Origin: an uncultured Planctomycetales bacterium
Lineage (GTDB): Bacteria; Planctomycetota; Planctomycetia; Pirellulales; Thermoguttaceae
Assembly: GCA_947305735.1 (NCBI GenBank)
Contig: CAMZEO010000001.1
Location: 6,193 to 70,192, forward strand
DNA length: 64,000 bases
Direction: 5' to 3'
Shown here: positions 50,501 to 57,692 of the stretch, one piece after another
How the letters are laid out: each line of letters starts with the position of its first letter
Position numbering within the stretch: position 1 is the first letter of the stretch
The notes under the pieces: model-generated
Seen by the model: only the letters and a program-made list of their open reading frames with translations
Told to the model about the DNA's origin: nothing
The model's database searches: none
Made by a program: the position numbers and the translations under genes

Positions 50501-50843
50501 CTGGTACCTCTTCGACTATAAGACGTTCGACAAAGTCTCGCTCGGCAAAGAAAAAGAGAGTCCCGCCGCCTCTCTGTCGGTCGCGGACGACCTCGTCGTC
50601 GAGGGGGAAACGGGAAAAACGACGCTTTTTACGTCGCGCGTCGGAAACACCGTCGACGTCAAACATCGCGCGCGCTTCAAAGGCGACAAGTCGCTCGCGG
50701 AACGTCTTTTCGCGAAATTGGAAATCGAGTCCGCGCCGGACGGCAAAGAGTCGGGCGACGCGCGCAAGAACGCGAGCGTCGAGGCTTACGACTGGCGATG
50801 GATCAACCTGCAGCTCCCGCTTTACCGTCGGCTCTTTTGGTAA
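47517..50843 (+). CDS. AddB-like / PD-(D/E)XK (RecB-family) nuclease domain protein, ending at an in-frame TAA
   Basis: 1108-aa ORF. The C-terminal nuclease motifs are VTDFQTFLDSPYRFFLRKVFGL, FGTVVHDVL, GRIDRIDY...WYLFDYKT, and QLPLYRRL just before the stop at 50841..50843. Confidence 0.7.
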   Translation: MKRVFFNWDRPFLPAVAEYIVRSYVDQNGADGSVDLDLGGRVYILPAQRAIRTLEAYLQQVVEREIEAGLISSAWIPPTFMSLGTAPERLYSNPRQVAGQLTRSYCMRKTIEEFFAVASDETRLLMKSKPANFAEQLELASSLLTLKDELDSERQTCARVAEYCLSKGLDDEARRWRVLEKINASYEAKLKANKLADLNKARLSALPEIEERGAGEYRGKPIQYRVVGAVDLNNLQKSIFEKLGDSVEFWVFAPEEEKDRFDKFGCVVPEQWTDYHIPLRMEQIFQANTPAEQGEIAALLTRELSKRYDGENWIYEPIDPLSLTIGTPDDEVAPFIRQNMNAIGYGTIVGEGTRMTDNRVYKLLLNLAEYLETRSFASFEELLRRVDLEDYVRANWNDVDDAKEPNPDGESTDAPEDYDDVGALDEMDDDAKIKPEERVGGDLIAELDDYRARYLPTRVDGRWFQFKDRDDERRNRSYGNLRRASRLLDKLLREHKFWTVSFGSKAFQRSNVVVTETEGNVDDLKPDYQEALDAVLSGQYAFIKNWSKDALQWSSVQPRSPLNQQARQISNLALEIYGGAQKTDREAENQIAGFFKAFNKALSSLAAIPDELSEKTTGSEAIRVVLKEIAGERIDPTPESDVVEMQGWLDLLFDDAPNLILTGFNEGKVPSNKSSDLFLPNEVRSRLGLRDSSRLYARDAYLTTTLVHSRRNFFVVMGKRSLDGDPKTPSRFVFATDREEIPKRVVKYFAQEDADGVQRLRSRQLDADGQVREFPKKLKVGETEAQDVSSGEGSKTADATDVNGAESRAERERVFKPGFRPPTLDVRAQQAKKSRYNLGSINVTDFQTFLDSPYRFFLRKVFGLAAAPPPNAFELDAGKFGTVVHDVLRIFGESDYKDSTDENVIAQKLSDSLDEYAQSFVNEHTSPFVVVQVEQIRERLRAFARWQAAWRKSGRVVKWVERAPEEQRIACRVGDKEFWINGRIDRIDYCQAENRWYLFDYKTFDKVSLGKEKESPAASLSVADDLVVEGETGKTTLFTSRVGNTVDVKHRARFKGDKSLAERLFAKLEIESAPDGKESGDARKNASVEAYDWRWINLQLPLYRRLFW

Positions 50844-50876
50844 ATCCTCTACGAAGACAGGGGCGGAGCCGTTCCA

Positions 50877-51164
50877 ATGGATCAAATAGCGTCGACGACA
50901 AAATTTTCGCTCGCCTATATCGTGCTTCCCAAGTCGGGGAACGTTCAAGCGCTCGGAGGACCGTGGTCGAATCTCGACCTGCGCGTCGCCGACGCGACCG
51001 CCTGGCAGACGGCGCGTTATATCGAGCGGATGTTCAAAGACGTCGTCTCGCCCAATATGTTCGTCGACCCGGAAATTCCCGAACTCGGACGCGTTCTCGA
51101 CAATGAAAAACTAAAATACTCCGACGACTTCGCGCCAATCACGCTCAGCTACGCCGTCGAATAA
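50877..51164 (+). CDS. Same-frame ORF downstream of the TAA; probable detached C-terminal end of the nuclease gene
   Basis: 95-aa ORF in the same frame as 47517..50843, with 11 sense codons between the TAA and its ATG. I see no Shine-Dalgarno. FSLAYIVLPKSG follows QLPLY at a spacing typical of the last strands of this nuclease fold (inference). Confidence 0.4.
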   Translation: MDQIASTTKFSLAYIVLPKSGNVQALGGPWSNLDLRVADATAWQTARYIERMFKDVVSPNMFVDPEIPELGRVLDNEKLKYSDDFAPITLSYAVE

Positions 51165-51523
51165 CGAGATTCGCGGAAGCCGCCGAGCGGCGCGTATAAA
51201 ACGTCGCGTTCCTCTCATAAAAGCCGCTCGCCGCGCCCGTCCGAACTGGACGTCCGATAAATCGCCGAATAAATTTTCGCGGCGCGGGCGCGCCGCGTTC
51301 TTTACGACCAATCTGGTTTACGCGATCAATCTGCTCTTTCGCCAATATCGACGGTTTGGTTCAAACGACAAACGGAAAGCTCCTTTCAAAAAAGCAAATC
51401 GGAAAATTTTTTTATTTTTTCTATCGACGACTTCCTTTCGGCGAAGTTTTTACCATTTACGTACTGTTGGCAGTAAACAAAGCGTCTTGACGACGCGCAA
51501 CAAATACGAATGGAGAAGATAAG

Positions 51524-52105
51524 ATGAAAAAGATTTTGATTTCCGCAGTCGCCGCAGTCCTCGTTTCAGCCGGCAGTTCGTTGTTCGCCCAGGAATACGG
51601 AGCTTTTGATTACGCCGGAAACGGCGCTTCGCAATCCGCCCCCGCCGCTACCTCCGCTCCCGTCGCCGATACGCAAGACGAATCCGACGCCCAGGTAAAA
51701 TGCTTCTGGGGCTGGCGGTGGTATAGCTGCTATTACTACAGACCGACGTACTTTTACTACAGAGTTTACGTCCCGTTTTACAGATATACTTACAGCTATC
51801 GGTACAGCTACCGGTACACCTTCGTCAGGTTCTACAAGAGCGCGGACGTAAAATCCTCGACGAACGACCTCGGCGCGATGATTAACGAAAATCCCCAAAA
51901 GGGAACCCCGCTCGCTATGCTGGGAATCGCCAAGGGCGACGTGATCACCCATATCGACGGCAAAAAGATCGTCGATCCGAAGCAACTCGACGGTATTACC
52001 GCTCAATCCAAGCTCGTCGTCGTGAAGGCCAAGAGCGGGACGAACCCCGCGGACGCGGTCGCTCCCAGAGCCCCCGAAGTCGAGTACGGAGCTTACGAGT
52101 ACTGA
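51524..52105 (+). CDS. Secreted protein with a Tyr/Arg-rich segment and a C-terminal PDZ-like domain
   Basis: 193-aa ORF with a GGAG Shine-Dalgarno and a signal peptide (MKKILISAVAAVLVSAGSSLFAQ). The Tyr/Arg-rich segment is CFWGWRWYSCYYYRPTYFYYRVYVPFYRYTYSYRYSYRYTFVRFYKS. The PDZ-like segment is GTPLAMLGIAKGDVITHIDGKKIVDPKQL...KLVVVK. Confidence 0.7.
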   Translation: MKKILISAVAAVLVSAGSSLFAQEYGAFDYAGNGASQSAPAATSAPVADTQDESDAQVKCFWGWRWYSCYYYRPTYFYYRVYVPFYRYTYSYRYSYRYTFVRFYKSADVKSSTNDLGAMINENPQKGTPLAMLGIAKGDVITHIDGKKIVDPKQLDGITAQSKLVVVKAKSGTNPADAVAPRAPEVEYGAYEY

Positions 52106-52184
52106 GAATCATCCGAGGGCTTCGTTCAAGGAAGAATGACGCCAAGACCCTTCAAGAGATTGTGAAATAGGGAAAGGGGAACGT

Positions 52185-52227
52185 CGCGAGCCGCCGCGTC
52201 GATTGACGGGCGGCTCGCGTTTTATTT
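52185..52227 (+). terminator. Rho-independent terminator after the PDZ gene
   Basis: An 11-bp GC-rich stem (52185..52195 cgcgagccgcc pairs with 52209..52219 ggcggctcgcg) is followed by ttttattt. Confidence 0.7.
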
Positions 52228-52486
52228 GCCTTGACGAGCGCGAACGCGACTTCATTTCGCGCTTCGGCGATTTTCAAGCGATTATTTGACTTCCGCGTCC
52301 GGCGCGCTCAGACGCGTCGACGAAGGACAAAATACAAAAAGGGCTTAGGAACCAAAAGCGGGAAAGGTCGCGAGGAGCGATTAAACGGAGCCGTTTTAAC
52401 CGAGCGTCCGCTCCGCCAGGCGGCGAGTTGCAAAAAGACCTTGCTCCGCGACGCCAAAAATTTTTTTCAGAACTCGCGCGTTCCGC

Positions 52487-52515
52487 TTGATTGTCGTCGG
52501 TTTTTCAGGTAGAAT
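52487..52515 (+). promoter_or_regulatory. Putative sigma70-like promoter of rhaT
   Basis: TTGATT (52487..52492), exact 17-nt spacer, TAGAAT (52510..52515), about 115 nt upstream of the rhaT ATG. Confidence 0.4.
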
Positions 52516-52632
52516 CTGACGAGGAGTCTCGGCGAACGCGACTAACGCCGTCGGGACTGCGACGCCTGAAATCATTAACGCGTCGAGCGTCGACGCTCGA
52601 TCGTCCCTTTGCTTTTTTGAAAGGATTTCCCA

Positions 52633-53931
52633 ATGCCTCCAGTTTGTTTAGGGGTTATTTTTCACTGGCTCGGCGGTCTGGCCTCCGGGTCGTTCTACGT
52701 TCCGTACAAAGCGGTTAAAAAATGGTCGTGGGAAGTCTACTGGCTTGCCGGCGGGTTCTTCTCCTGGATTATCGCGCCGTGGGTTATGGCGAGTATTCTG
52801 ACCAAAGGTCTTGTTCCCTCGATCAGCGAAGCGTTCAGAACTGATCCCAAAGCAATGGGGTACGCGTACCTGTTCGGGTGTCTGTGGGGAATCGGCGGCT
52901 TGACGTTCGGCTTGACGATGCGCTATCTTGGCATGAGTCTTGGCATGGCGATCGCGCTGGGTTACTGCACCGTTCTCGGCACGATCATGCCCGATATTTT
53001 TAAAGGCGAGTTTATCGGCAACATCACGTCGCAACCCCCTTACGCGGTTATCATTTTAGGTCTTGGCGTCTGCCTGCTCGGCGTTATTCTCGCGGGCGTG
53101 GCGGGCATGTCCAAAGAACGCGAAATGCCCGAAGAAGTCAAAAAAGAAGCGATTAAGGAATTCAACTTCCTCAAGGGAATTCTCGTCGCGACGATTTCCG
53201 GCGTTTTCAGCGCGTGCATGGCTTACGGGCTCCAGACGGCCGAACCGCTCGCGAAAATTTCCGCCGAGCATGGAACCGGCGACCTCTGGGTTGGCCTTCC
53301 AAAGCTGTGCGTCGTTCTTCTGGGCGGTTTCACCACGAACTTTATCTGGTGCGCCATTCTTCTGAATAAGAACAAGACGACCTATCAGTTCTTCAACAAA
53401 GAAGTCGACGATCCCGACGTTCCCGCCGTCGACGGCAAGCCCGCGAAAGCAACCGTCAACATGATTTGGAACTATTTCTTCTCCGCGCTCGCTGGAACGA
53501 CCTGGTACTTCCAGTTCTTCTTCTATTCCATGGGCGAAACGCGCATGGGCGAATATAAGTTCTCCAGCTGGACGCTCCACATGGCCTCCATTATTATCTT
53601 CAGCTCATGCTGGGGGCTCGCGCTTCATGAATGGCGCGGTTCGAGCAAATTTACCAAGTTCATTCTGGGTTGCGCCATCTTCACGTTGCTCTACTCGACG
53701 ATCGTCGTCGGCTACGGCAACCTGATGAAGCAAACAAGCGAGGAAGCCGCCGAGACGCCCGCCGCCGTCGCCGTTGAAGGCGAGGCTGACGCGCCTCAAA
53801 CGGACGCCGCGATCGACGCCGAACCCGCCGCCCAGCCTGCGGAACAAGCGGAACAGGTCGCGGAACCCGCCGCCGACGTCCCTGCGGAAGGCGCGTTTGT
53901 CGCGCCGCGTTACGATTACGTCTTCGCGTAG
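52633..53931 (+). CDS. rhaT: L-rhamnose/H+ symporter family transporter
   Basis: 432-aa ORF with strong similarity to E. coli RhaT as remembered (HWLGGLASGSFYVPYKAVKKWSWEVYW; GLTMRYLGMSLGMAIALG; WYFQFFFY). It carries an extra Ala/Glu/Pro-rich C-terminal tail of about 60 aa. Confidence 0.85.
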   Translation: MPPVCLGVIFHWLGGLASGSFYVPYKAVKKWSWEVYWLAGGFFSWIIAPWVMASILTKGLVPSISEAFRTDPKAMGYAYLFGCLWGIGGLTFGLTMRYLGMSLGMAIALGYCTVLGTIMPDIFKGEFIGNITSQPPYAVIILGLGVCLLGVILAGVAGMSKEREMPEEVKKEAIKEFNFLKGILVATISGVFSACMAYGLQTAEPLAKISAEHGTGDLWVGLPKLCVVLLGGFTTNFIWCAILLNKNKTTYQFFNKEVDDPDVPAVDGKPAKATVNMIWNYFFSALAGTTWYFQFFFYSMGETRMGEYKFSSWTLHMASIIIFSSCWGLALHEWRGSSKFTKFILGCAIFTLLYSTIVVGYGNLMKQTSEEAAETPAAVAVEGEADAPQTDAAIDAEPAAQPAEQAEQVAEPAADVPAEGAFVAPRYDYVFA

Positions 53932-53981
53932 CTTGAATCAATGGACGATCGGCGGTCGCTCTTGAGATCGTCTCGTCGCTC

Positions 53982-54028
53982 GAAAATCAAGATTGTTTTA
54001 AGAAATGGTCTTGATTTTCGATTTTTTT
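53982..54028 (+). terminator. Rho-independent terminator after rhaT
   Basis: An 11-bp stem (53982..53992 gaaaatcaaga pairs with 54009..54019 tcttgattttc) is followed by ga and a run of 7 T. Confidence 0.65.
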
Positions 54029-54147
54029 ATGAATAAACTCGTAACGGACGGCGAGCGCGGAACCGCGCCGCCGTCGATCGCGACGCGCGGGGGTTCGCGT
54101 CGGCGGAAATTGAATTCAGATCAATTCGAGAATAAAGAGAAAGAGTC

Positions 54148-54798
54148 ATGAAACGTTTATCCAAACCCTGCGCGCGCGTCTTCTTGACGGGGCTGTTTTG
54201 CGCGCTAACCGCGATCGTCGCGTCTTTCGCGCCGACGTCCGAAGCGCGCGCGTCGCACGTCTTTATCGCGGGCGGTCGCGTCGTCGTGGCGGCGCATCCG
54301 GGATTCATGCCCGCGCCCGCGCCAATGGTCGTCAGCGTCGCGCCCCCGCGATACGTCGTCGCCGCCGAGCCGGTCGTCGAATACGATGATTCGCTTGTCG
54401 AATACGAAGATCCGCTCGCCGATTACGAAGAGGAACCGTTGCTTATCGACGAAGAGCCAGCGGTCGAAACGGTCGTCGTCCCGCGCAAAGTCGTCGTAAA
54501 GCCCAGACCGATCGTCGTCGCGCCCGCGCCTTCGCCGGCTATTTCCGTCGTCATCGGCGGTCGCCCCCCCTACTATCCCGCGCCGCGACCGTTTTACGCG
54601 CCTCTCCCGCCGCCCGCGCCCCGTCCAATCTACGCGCATCCGGCGCCCCGTCCGGTTCCGGTTCCAGTTCCCGGTCCGCGTCCGGGTATGGGCCCGGCTC
54701 CGCGTCCAGGCATGGGTCCGGCTCCGCGTCCAGGCATGGGTCCGGCTCCGCGTCCAGGCATGGGCCCGGCTCCGCGTCCGGGCGGGCGCCCCTTTTAA
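54148..54798 (+). CDS. Secreted proline-rich repeat protein, paralogue 1 (PRPGMGPA repeats)
   Basis: 216-aa ORF with a signal peptide (LTGLFCALTAIVASFAPTSEARA). A short conserved segment (SHVFIAGGRVVVAAHPGF) is followed by a Pro/Val/Ala-rich body ending in 4 x PRPGMGPA. Confidence 0.7.
   Translation: MKRLSKPCARVFLTGLFCALTAIVASFAPTSEARASHVFIAGGRVVVAAHPGFMPAPAPMVVSVAPPRYVVAAEPVVEYDDSLVEYEDPLADYEEEPLLIDEEPAVETVVVPRKVVVKPRPIVVAPAPSPAISVVIGGRPPYYPAPRPFYAPLPPPAPRPIYAHPAPRPVPVPVPGPRPGMGPAPRPGMGPAPRPGMGPAPRPGMGPAPRPGGRPF
54676..54783 (+). repeat. 24-nt tandem coding repeat, about 4.5 copies
   Basis: The unit is ccgcgtccaggcatgggtccggct. Copies start at 54676, 54700, 54724 and 54748, with only a few synonymous differences. 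Confidence 0.9.
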
Positions 54799-54804
54799 TA
54801 GTTC

Positions 54805-54847
54805 CGCCGCAAACGAGGCTCAACGTTCGTTTGCGGCGTCTTTTATT
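54805..54847 (+). terminator. Rho-independent terminator after paralogue 1
   Basis: A stem (54805..54816 pairs with 54827..54838; core ccgcaaacg/cgtttgcgg) is followed by tcttttatt. Confidence 0.6.
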
Positions 54848-54876
54848 GGAACGACGAGATAAACCGGGGGGCGATT

Positions 54877-55437
54877 ATGTCCTCGATCGCATTTTTCCGC
54901 TTGAATCATAGCGTCGCCCGTCTTTTTTTTGTCGCCGCGGCGTTTCTATGCGCGTTCTGTTCGAGCGACGCAGTCAAAGCGGCTCGTCCTTTCGTCGTCG
55001 GCGGGCGCGTTCTTGCAATTGATCGTCCGTTCAGACCCGGCTCTTCGTCCAATTACGAGTCCGGTTCAGTCGTCGCTCGCGCGACGCCCCCAAAATCCAG
55101 GCGGGTCGTTATCAATCTTTCGCCCCCGAGAGTTGTTCCTCATTATCTTCCTCCCGAAGGCGACGACGAGCCTCGGCGATATTCGGGAATTACCGTCGTC
55201 GCTATTCCTCCGAAACCGTATTACGCGCCCGATCCGGCGACGAGCGTCGATTTGTCGCCCCGTTTCGGAACCTCCGTCTCGTTGATTCCGCCCAAAATCA
55301 ACTACGCGCCCGATCCGGCGACGAGCGTCGATTTGTCGCCGCGCCCGTCGGGACTTTCGCCAACGTTGGGCGCGCGTCCCGGCGTCGAGTCTTTCCGTCC
55401 GTCCCCCTTAATCCCCGACTTGTCGCGACGTCGGTAA
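54877..55437 (+). CDS. Secreted proline-rich repeat protein, paralogue 2 (PPK..YAPDPATSVDLSPR repeats)
   Basis: 186-aa ORF with a signal-like N-terminus (LFFVAAAFLCAFCSSDAVKA). The conserved segment ARPFVVGGRVLAIDRPFRPG is similar to paralogue 1, and two 27-aa repeats follow. Confidence 0.65.
   Translation: MSSIAFFRLNHSVARLFFVAAAFLCAFCSSDAVKAARPFVVGGRVLAIDRPFRPGSSSNYESGSVVARATPPKSRRVVINLSPPRVVPHYLPPEGDDEPRRYSGITVVAIPPKPYYAPDPATSVDLSPRFGTSVSLIPPKINYAPDPATSVDLSPRPSGLSPTLGARPGVESFRPSPLIPDLSRRR
55204..55350 (+). repeat. 81-nt tandem coding repeat, about 1.8 copies
   Basis: Copies start at 55204 and 55285. A 38-nt core (tacgcgcccgatccggcgacgagcgtcgatttgtcgcc) is identical at 55222..55259 and 55303..55340. 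Confidence 0.9.
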
Positions 55438-55801
55438 CTTTCGCGTTTTCTTCTCTTTGTCGCGTCCCCCGCGCGCGTAGTCGACGAAAAATCTTCGCAA
55501 AAACTATCGTCGTTTTCCTAATCATCATTAAGTCTTCTCCCAAAACGACGTCGAACGTCTCGTCGCGTTTTTCCCAAGTTGTTCAAAGCGCCGACATTCG
55601 CCGGTTTTTTTAACAAACTTCAACAATATCTTGAAAAAGTTAAAATTTTTGGAAATGAACGACCTTTTTTCGCGTAACTATTATTGTCGGGAAGGGACGA
55701 CGAAAAAACGCTTCGATAAGAGCTTGACCGTCGACGATCCCGACGCTAATGCCGCAAGTCGTCGCACACACAACTTTTCAGTATGAAAAGGAGACGTCGC
55801 T

Positions 55802-56176
55802 ATGAAAAAGAACGCTATGTTTTTCAACCGTCGTTTGTTGGCGCCGCTCGTAATCGGCGCGTTTGCCGTCGCTTTTCTCTGCGTCCCGGCGCGCGAAGCC
55901 AACGCTTCCAGTTTTGGACTTTCTATCAACACCGGAGCGGTGAGTTTTGGTCTTGGCGTGGCGGATCCGTATCCGACCTACGTCGTCGCTCCCGCGCCGC
56001 GTTATATGCCGCCCCCTCCTCCGCCGCGCTATTTGCCGCCCCCTCCTCCGCCGCGCTATTTGCCGCCTCCTCCGCCGCCGCGCTATATGCCTCCTCCGCC
56101 GCCGCGACCTGTTTACAGACCGCCCGTATATCGACGCCCAGCGCCCATGCCTCCTCCGGGAGCTTACCGTTGGTAA
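55802..56176 (+). CDS. Secreted proline-rich repeat protein, paralogue 3 (PRY[ML]PPPPP repeats)
   Basis: 124-aa ORF with an AAGGAG Shine-Dalgarno at 55788..55793. The signal peptide ends PAREANA. The conserved segment is SSFGLSINTGAVSFGLGVADPYPTYVVAPAP, followed by 4 x PRY(M/L)PPPPP. Confidence 0.75.
   Translation: MKKNAMFFNRRLLAPLVIGAFAVAFLCVPAREANASSFGLSINTGAVSFGLGVADPYPTYVVAPAPRYMPPPPPPRYLPPPPPPRYLPPPPPPRYMPPPPPRPVYRPPVYRRPAPMPPPGAYRW
55997..56104 (+). repeat. 27-nt tandem coding repeat, 4 copies
   Basis: Copies start at 55997, 56024, 56051 and 56078. Each encodes PRY(M/L)PPPPP. Confidence 0.9.
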
Positions 56177-56207
56177 TTCATTTAAAACAGTCAGTTAAGA
56201 AAAACTG

Positions 56208-56236
56208 CGGAGTCGGTCGTTTCCGACTCCGTTCTT
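56208..56236 (+). terminator. Probable terminator after paralogue 3
   Basis: A 9-bp stem (56208..56216 cggagtcgg pairs with 56223..56231 ccgactccg) is followed by ttctt, a weak T tract. Confidence 0.45.
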
Positions 56237-56936
56237 AGCGATTCGCGCTGAAAGCGGTTCGTCCGCAATAGTTCTTTCGTAATATCGTATCTTGTCTTGT
56301 CAATTGGGGATGATGAAACAAGGGGTTGCAACGGACGTCTTTAGCCGACTAATCAGTCAAGGAGCGAGCCTATAAAACTATTCGTGATTGTATCCTAAAT
56401 AAGGGTTTTCCAACTCTTGTTTTCGACGTTTTTGGGGAAAACCGTCGAAAACAGCCGAGGCGGCGCGCTTTTTCTCTCCACTGCGCGCCGCCGTTTGTAT
56501 TTCTTGCCGCGTTCTTTCCCAAAAACGCTCGTCGCTCTTTTCATAGAACAAAAGACGCTCCGGCGGGGCAATTCCTTATTTCGTCAAACGCGGCGTTCCC
56601 ATTCCGGACGCGAACGTTCGTCCGTCTCCGCCTCCAAAACTACGACGACCGGTCGTTTCAGTCAATTTTCACGCGTCGTTGAATTGCCGTCCTTTCCCTT
56701 TGAAGATGCTCGTTTCAAAGCCTTTAAAAAAATTCAGAAACGACAAAAAAAAATGTCGTCAATTTAAAAATATAACGTAACTAGTAGTGTAAGGCGAATG
56801 GAAAACGACCTTGCGCGTCGCAAGCAAGTCGTTAATTCGCAACAAGTTGCAAACAAAAAGCGGGAAACGACAAACCCGGTAATCAGCGGAACGGATTCCG
56901 CTCTATCGGTTGGCCGCCGCGATAAGGAGATATAAA

Positions 56937-57377
56937 ATGAGCAAGAATGCCAAGATTCGGATCCCGAAAGCCGCAATCCTCGTCCCCGCGTTCGTCGCCG
57001 TCGTCGCGGCGTTCGCCCCGGCGCGAGAAGCCAACGCGAGCAACTTCGGTCTTTCGCTAAACATCGGAAGAGTCTCCTTCGGCCTGGGAATCGGCGACAG
57101 CTACGGCGAGCCGACTTACGTCGCGCCCGCTCCGGCTCCCGCGCCGGTCGTGAGAGGTCAGGCGCCCGCGCCTGGTCCGCGCCCCGGAGTCTACGACCGA
57201 GGTCCCGCGCCTGGTCCGCGCCCCGGAGTCTACGACCGAGGTCCCGCGCCCGGTCCGCGCCCCGGCGTCTACGGTCGAGGTCCCGCGCCAACGCGTCCGG
57301 GAACCTATCGCGGTCCCGCGCCGGTTCGGACGGAACCCGTCCCGCGACCGGGAGCCTATCCTGGTCCGCGACGCTAA
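56937..57377 (+). CDS. Secreted proline-rich repeat protein, paralogue 4 (APGPRPGVYDRGP repeats)
   Basis: The ATG at 56937 is preceded by an AAGGAG Shine-Dalgarno; the track ORF starts 9 codons earlier. The signal peptide ends PAREANA. The conserved segment SNFGLSLNIGRVSFGLGIGDSYGEPTYVAPAP matches paralogue 3 closely, and 3 x 13-aa repeats follow. Confidence 0.75.
   Translation: MSKNAKIRIPKAAILVPAFVAVVAAFAPAREANASNFGLSLNIGRVSFGLGIGDSYGEPTYVAPAPAPAPVVRGQAPAPGPRPGVYDRGPAPGPRPGVYDRGPAPGPRPGVYGRGPAPTRPGTYRGPAPVRTEPVPRPGAYPGPRR
57168..57284 (+). repeat. 39-nt tandem coding repeat, 3 copies
   Basis: Copies 1 (57168..57206) and 2 (57207..57245) are identical (gcgcctggtccgcgccccggagtctacgaccgaggtccc). 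Copy 3 (57246..57284) differs at 4 positions. Confidence 0.9.
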
Positions 57378-57448
57378 ACGCCTCCCGGAGTCGTCTCAGT
57401 CGGCAAACGCCGCGCCCAAAGCGCCGCGCCGTTAGTCGCGAATACGAA

Positions 57449-57483
57449 GCCGAAACGTCGTCGACGGCGTTTCGGCTTTTTTT
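57449..57483 (+). terminator. Rho-independent terminator after paralogue 4
   Basis: A 9-bp stem (57449..57457 gccgaaacg pairs with 57468..57476 cgtttcggc) is followed by a run of 7 T. Confidence 0.7.
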
Positions 57484-57692
57484 CGTTTTGAACGCGCAAG
57501 TTCAGATCGCGGAAGTTTTTGTCATAAAAAAAACAAAAAAATGAATAAACGCTTGATTTTGACTCTCAAATGAGGCACAATAGAGCGGAACGACGAAATT
57601 CGTCCGTTCTTTTTCAAGGAACGCGCGGTTCCCGGCGACAAGGCGTCGGACGCGTTCCGTCCCTATTCGCACTACTTTATAAGGAACAGTCC

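Noticed and set aside
50034-50948. Minus-strand 304-aa ORF spanning the TAA junction of the nuclease gene.
   Set aside because: It is antisense to the nuclease motifs (GRIDRID, DYKT, QLPLY) and has an Arg/Val/Phe-rich shadow composition.
54676-57284. Regularly spaced short direct repeats that might suggest a CRISPR array.
   Set aside because: The units are directly abutting with no spacers. Their lengths are 24 to 81 nt and multiples of three, and they lie in frame inside ORFs encoding Pro-rich peptide repeats. No cas genes are present.
56417-57291. ORFs 56417..56767 (+, 116 aa) and 56764..57291 (-, 175 aa) between and over the proline-rich genes.
   Set aside because: The first has no Shine-Dalgarno and an Arg/Ser/Phe-rich composition in a likely promoter region. 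The second is the Arg-rich antisense of the Pro/Gly repeats of paralogue 4.
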